Of a stretch of DNA of 60,568 nt, positions 58,421-60,568 are shown piece after piece; the first letter of the stretch is position 1, and every line of letters starts with the position of its first letter. A program made the translations under genes and the position numbers. Source of the stretch: Armatimonadota bacterium (GTDB lineage: Bacteria > Armatimonadota > UBA5829 > DTLH01); NCBI GenBank assembly GCA_038207085.1, contig JBBRAE010000016.1, positions 1 to 60,568 on the forward strand, written 5' to 3'. The notes under the pieces are model-generated. The model saw only the letters and a list, made by a program, of their open reading frames with translations. It did not search any database and was not told the origin of the DNA.

Positions 58421-60568
58421 CGGCTCCCCCTCGACTTCCCCATGCACAAGCCGCCGCCCCGCCATCGAGAGAGTGAGCACGGGGCGGATGATGTTGCCGT
58501 CGCGCTCGATGTAACCCCACGCGAGCAGGTCACCTATGAGCTTTTCGACCCGATCGGTTGGGTGATGCGAAAGTGCCCCGAGGTGGGCCCACTCGTGAGG
58601 CTGGATAGGACACCGAGGAGCGCCGACCAGAGCTTTCACAAGTCCCCGAACCGCCATCCGAACGGGAAGTGAGTCGATGCCGCGCAGGATCAGTATGTGT
58701 TCGTCACCCATATTGTTGGGGGCGCTTGAGGCGGCGCAGTTGTCGCAGACGCCGCAGTTCTCGGCAATCGACTCGCCGAAGTGCCGCGAGATGAACCAAT
58801 GGCGGCAGCGCTTGGTCTTGGCATAGGCGGCGAGGCGGTCGATCTTCTCGGCGGAGGTCGCGAGGTGCGTCTCAAGCATCTCTGCAAGCGCCCGTTTTGC
58901 ACTATGTCCGGCATTCAGATACTCGATAAACATGGTCCGGCCCGAAGCGCGACAGGTGATCACACCCTCGTCGCGCCACTCCAAAAGCTTGCCCTCTATT
59001 TGATGCGGCAAGACTCCCGTCCTAGCCGACAGTTCCGCAAGCCCAAGCGCGATCTTCTGCCCGCGACGCAGTCTCGCACGCTCGACGAACTCGCCAAACT
59101 CCGGTGTCCAGCCGACATCGGGCGTTACGCGCAGGGTAAGAGTGGTCGGGACATCGAGCCCGCGGCGAATCAGGCCAACGCGCTCAAGCAGACTCACAGC
59201 AACCCGCACAATGCGCTCATCAAATCCCGACTCTCGGATGATGTCGTCCTCGTGCACCGCGCCGCCTTGTGGAATAACCCTCCGCAGGGTTTCATAGACG
59301 CTTCGAACGTTCTCTACCGAAAGTGCCTCGGCGTTCATCCACCCCGTTAGCCTCGCTTTGTCACTCGGTGAATAGAGGAGCACGCAGCGCGAGGGTTTGC
59401 CGTCTCTCCCCGCACGCCCGGCCTCCTGGTAGTAGTTCTCGACCGACTTCGGAAGCGCGAAATGGATCACAAAGCGCACATCGGGCTTGTCGACCCCCAT
59501 CCCAAACGCCACCGTCGCAGCCATCACCCTAAGTTTGCCGATCATAAACGACTCCTGGGCGCGCGTTCGCTCCGCCGACTGCATGCCTGCGTGATAGTAG
59601 CCAGCGTCGACACCCGATGTCTTCAAGTAAAAAGCAATGTCTTCAGCGTTTTGACGGGAGTTAACATAAATAATGCCACACCCAGATTCCTGACGGCAAA
59701 TTCGCTCGATCTCCCGGACCTTGTCCTGCTCCCGAGACGTGTTTTTCACCTGCAGGATAAGGTTCGGCCTGTAGGTGCCTGCGCTTGTCACTATGAGGTT
59801 CTTGCCGATGCGTTCTTTGATCTCACGGCGCATCTCCGGCCCGGCGGTCGCGGTCATGCCGAGAAACGGAGGGCTCCCGATCATCTCAAGCGCCTGCGCG
59901 ATAAAGAGATAATCAGGCCTGAAGTCATGCCCCCAGATGCTCACGCAGTGGACCTCATCGACCACGAACAGATCGATCTTTGCCCTGCGGAGCGCGTGCA
60001 GGAACGGAGCTTGCCGCAGTCGTTCGGGGGCAGCGTAGATGAGGTTGTAACGGCCTCGCGTGATGTCGTTCAACCTGCGTTCGAGCTCATCGCTTTCGAT
60101 GCTGCTGTTGACGAGCGTTGCACGAGAGGCAAGTTCAGAGGGAAGGCCATCAAGCTGATCTTTCATAAGCGCGATCAACGGAGAGATAACAACCACACGT
60201 TTCCCAAGAGCCGCAGGCAGTTGATAGCATAGCGATTTGCCTGACCCCGTAGGCATTATGACGAGCTGATCTTCTCCGGCCATCGCCCGGGACACCACCT
60301 CTTCTTGCTTAACTCTAAAGTTATCATAACAAAAGACACTCTTTAGATAAGACCGCACGTCTTCAGAAACGGGTTCTGCCGGTCGAGCTTCTGGCTCGGG
60401 GACATTCTCTTCTTCGACGCCCCGAGCCGCCCGGTGCTTCCTCGCCGGTGTCGCAACGGGCACAGCTTCGGCAAAAATGGCCTGAATGCTCACTTCATCC
60501 CGCTTTCGGGCATCTTCAAGCTGAGACTCAATGTCGTCTGCGAAGATATTGTCGCCCTTTAGCCGATA
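58403..60568 (-). CDS. RecQ family ATP-dependent DNA helicase (5' end outside the window)
   Basis: MPTGSGKSLCYQLP, SPLIALMKDQ, DEVHC..WGHDFRP, ATVAFGMGVDK, YYQEAGRAGRDG, CR..CGVCDNC; frame open to the window edge. Confidence 0.92.
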   Translation of the reverse strand, partial: YRLKGDNIFADDIESQLEDARKRDEVSIQAIFAEAVPVATPARKHRAARGVEEENVPEPEARPAEPVSEDVRSYLKSVFCYDNFRVKQEEVVSRAMAGEDQLVIMPTGSGKSLCYQLPAALGKRVVVISPLIALMKDQLDGLPSELASRATLVNSSIESDELERRLNDITRGRYNLIYAAPERLRQAPFLHALRRAKIDLFVVDEVHCVSIWGHDFRPDYLFIAQALEMIGSPPFLGMTATAGPEMRREIKERIGKNLIVTSAGTYRPNLILQVKNTSREQDKVREIERICRQESGCGIIYVNSRQNAEDIAFYLKTSGVDAGYYHAGMQSAERTRAQESFMIGKLRVMAATVAFGMGVDKPDVRFVIHFALPKSVENYYQEAGRAGRDGKPSRCVLLYSPSDKARLTGWMNAEALSVENVRSVYETLRRVIPQGGAVHEDDIIRESGFDERIVRVAVSLLERVGLIRRGLDVPTTLTLRVTPDVGWTPEFGEFVERARLRRGQKIALGLAELSARTGVLPHQIEGKLLEWRDEGVITCRASGRTMFIEYLNAGHSAKRALAEMLETHLATSAEKIDRLAAYAKTKRCRHWFISRHFGESIAENCGVCDNCAASSAPNNMGDEHILILRGIDSLPVRMAVRGLVKALVGAPRCPIQPHEWAHLGALSHHPTDRVEKLIGDLLAWGYIERDGNIIRPVLTLSMAGRRLVHGEVEGEPLPTSS

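Overview
Bacterial chromosomal window, GC-rich and densely coding; the gene content suggests a diderm organism, possibly Armatimonadota-like (impression only). From left to right it holds: the start of a minus-strand nucleotide-sugar/glycosyltransferase operon (hddA-like heptose kinase, NDP-sugar pyrophosphorylase, two SDR enzymes, GT4); a large pyrolysin-like S8 protease; coaX-dusB followed by an acyl-ACP-reductase-like gene pair; lnt, bioY and tauE; a seven-gene Ser/Thr kinase-PP2C-vWA-multi-FHA signalling cluster; nnr-acpS; U32-tgt-HD; sod; MFS; SIS; a GH151-like fucosidase; RNase P RNA; wza/wzc-like genes; thyX, thiM, tilS and apgM; a PIG-L/GT4/GH100-like operon; a doubly deleted polX remnant; and a RecQ-like helicase running off the right edge. 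No CRISPR array, tRNA, rRNA or transposase was seen. The most notable observations are: (1) four copies of an unrecognised, covarying two-hairpin element that always abuts the Shine-Dalgarno of the downstream gene and twice supplies the upstream stop codon; (2) repeated xTQM Thr motifs and a shared Cys4 motif in the kinase/FHA/vWA cluster, suggesting a self-contained phospho-docking network; (3) GTAG-REP doublets carried by two different MITE end types plus a chimera of both; (4) tgt apparently starting at an ATC codon. All calls come from visual motif recognition; no database search was run.
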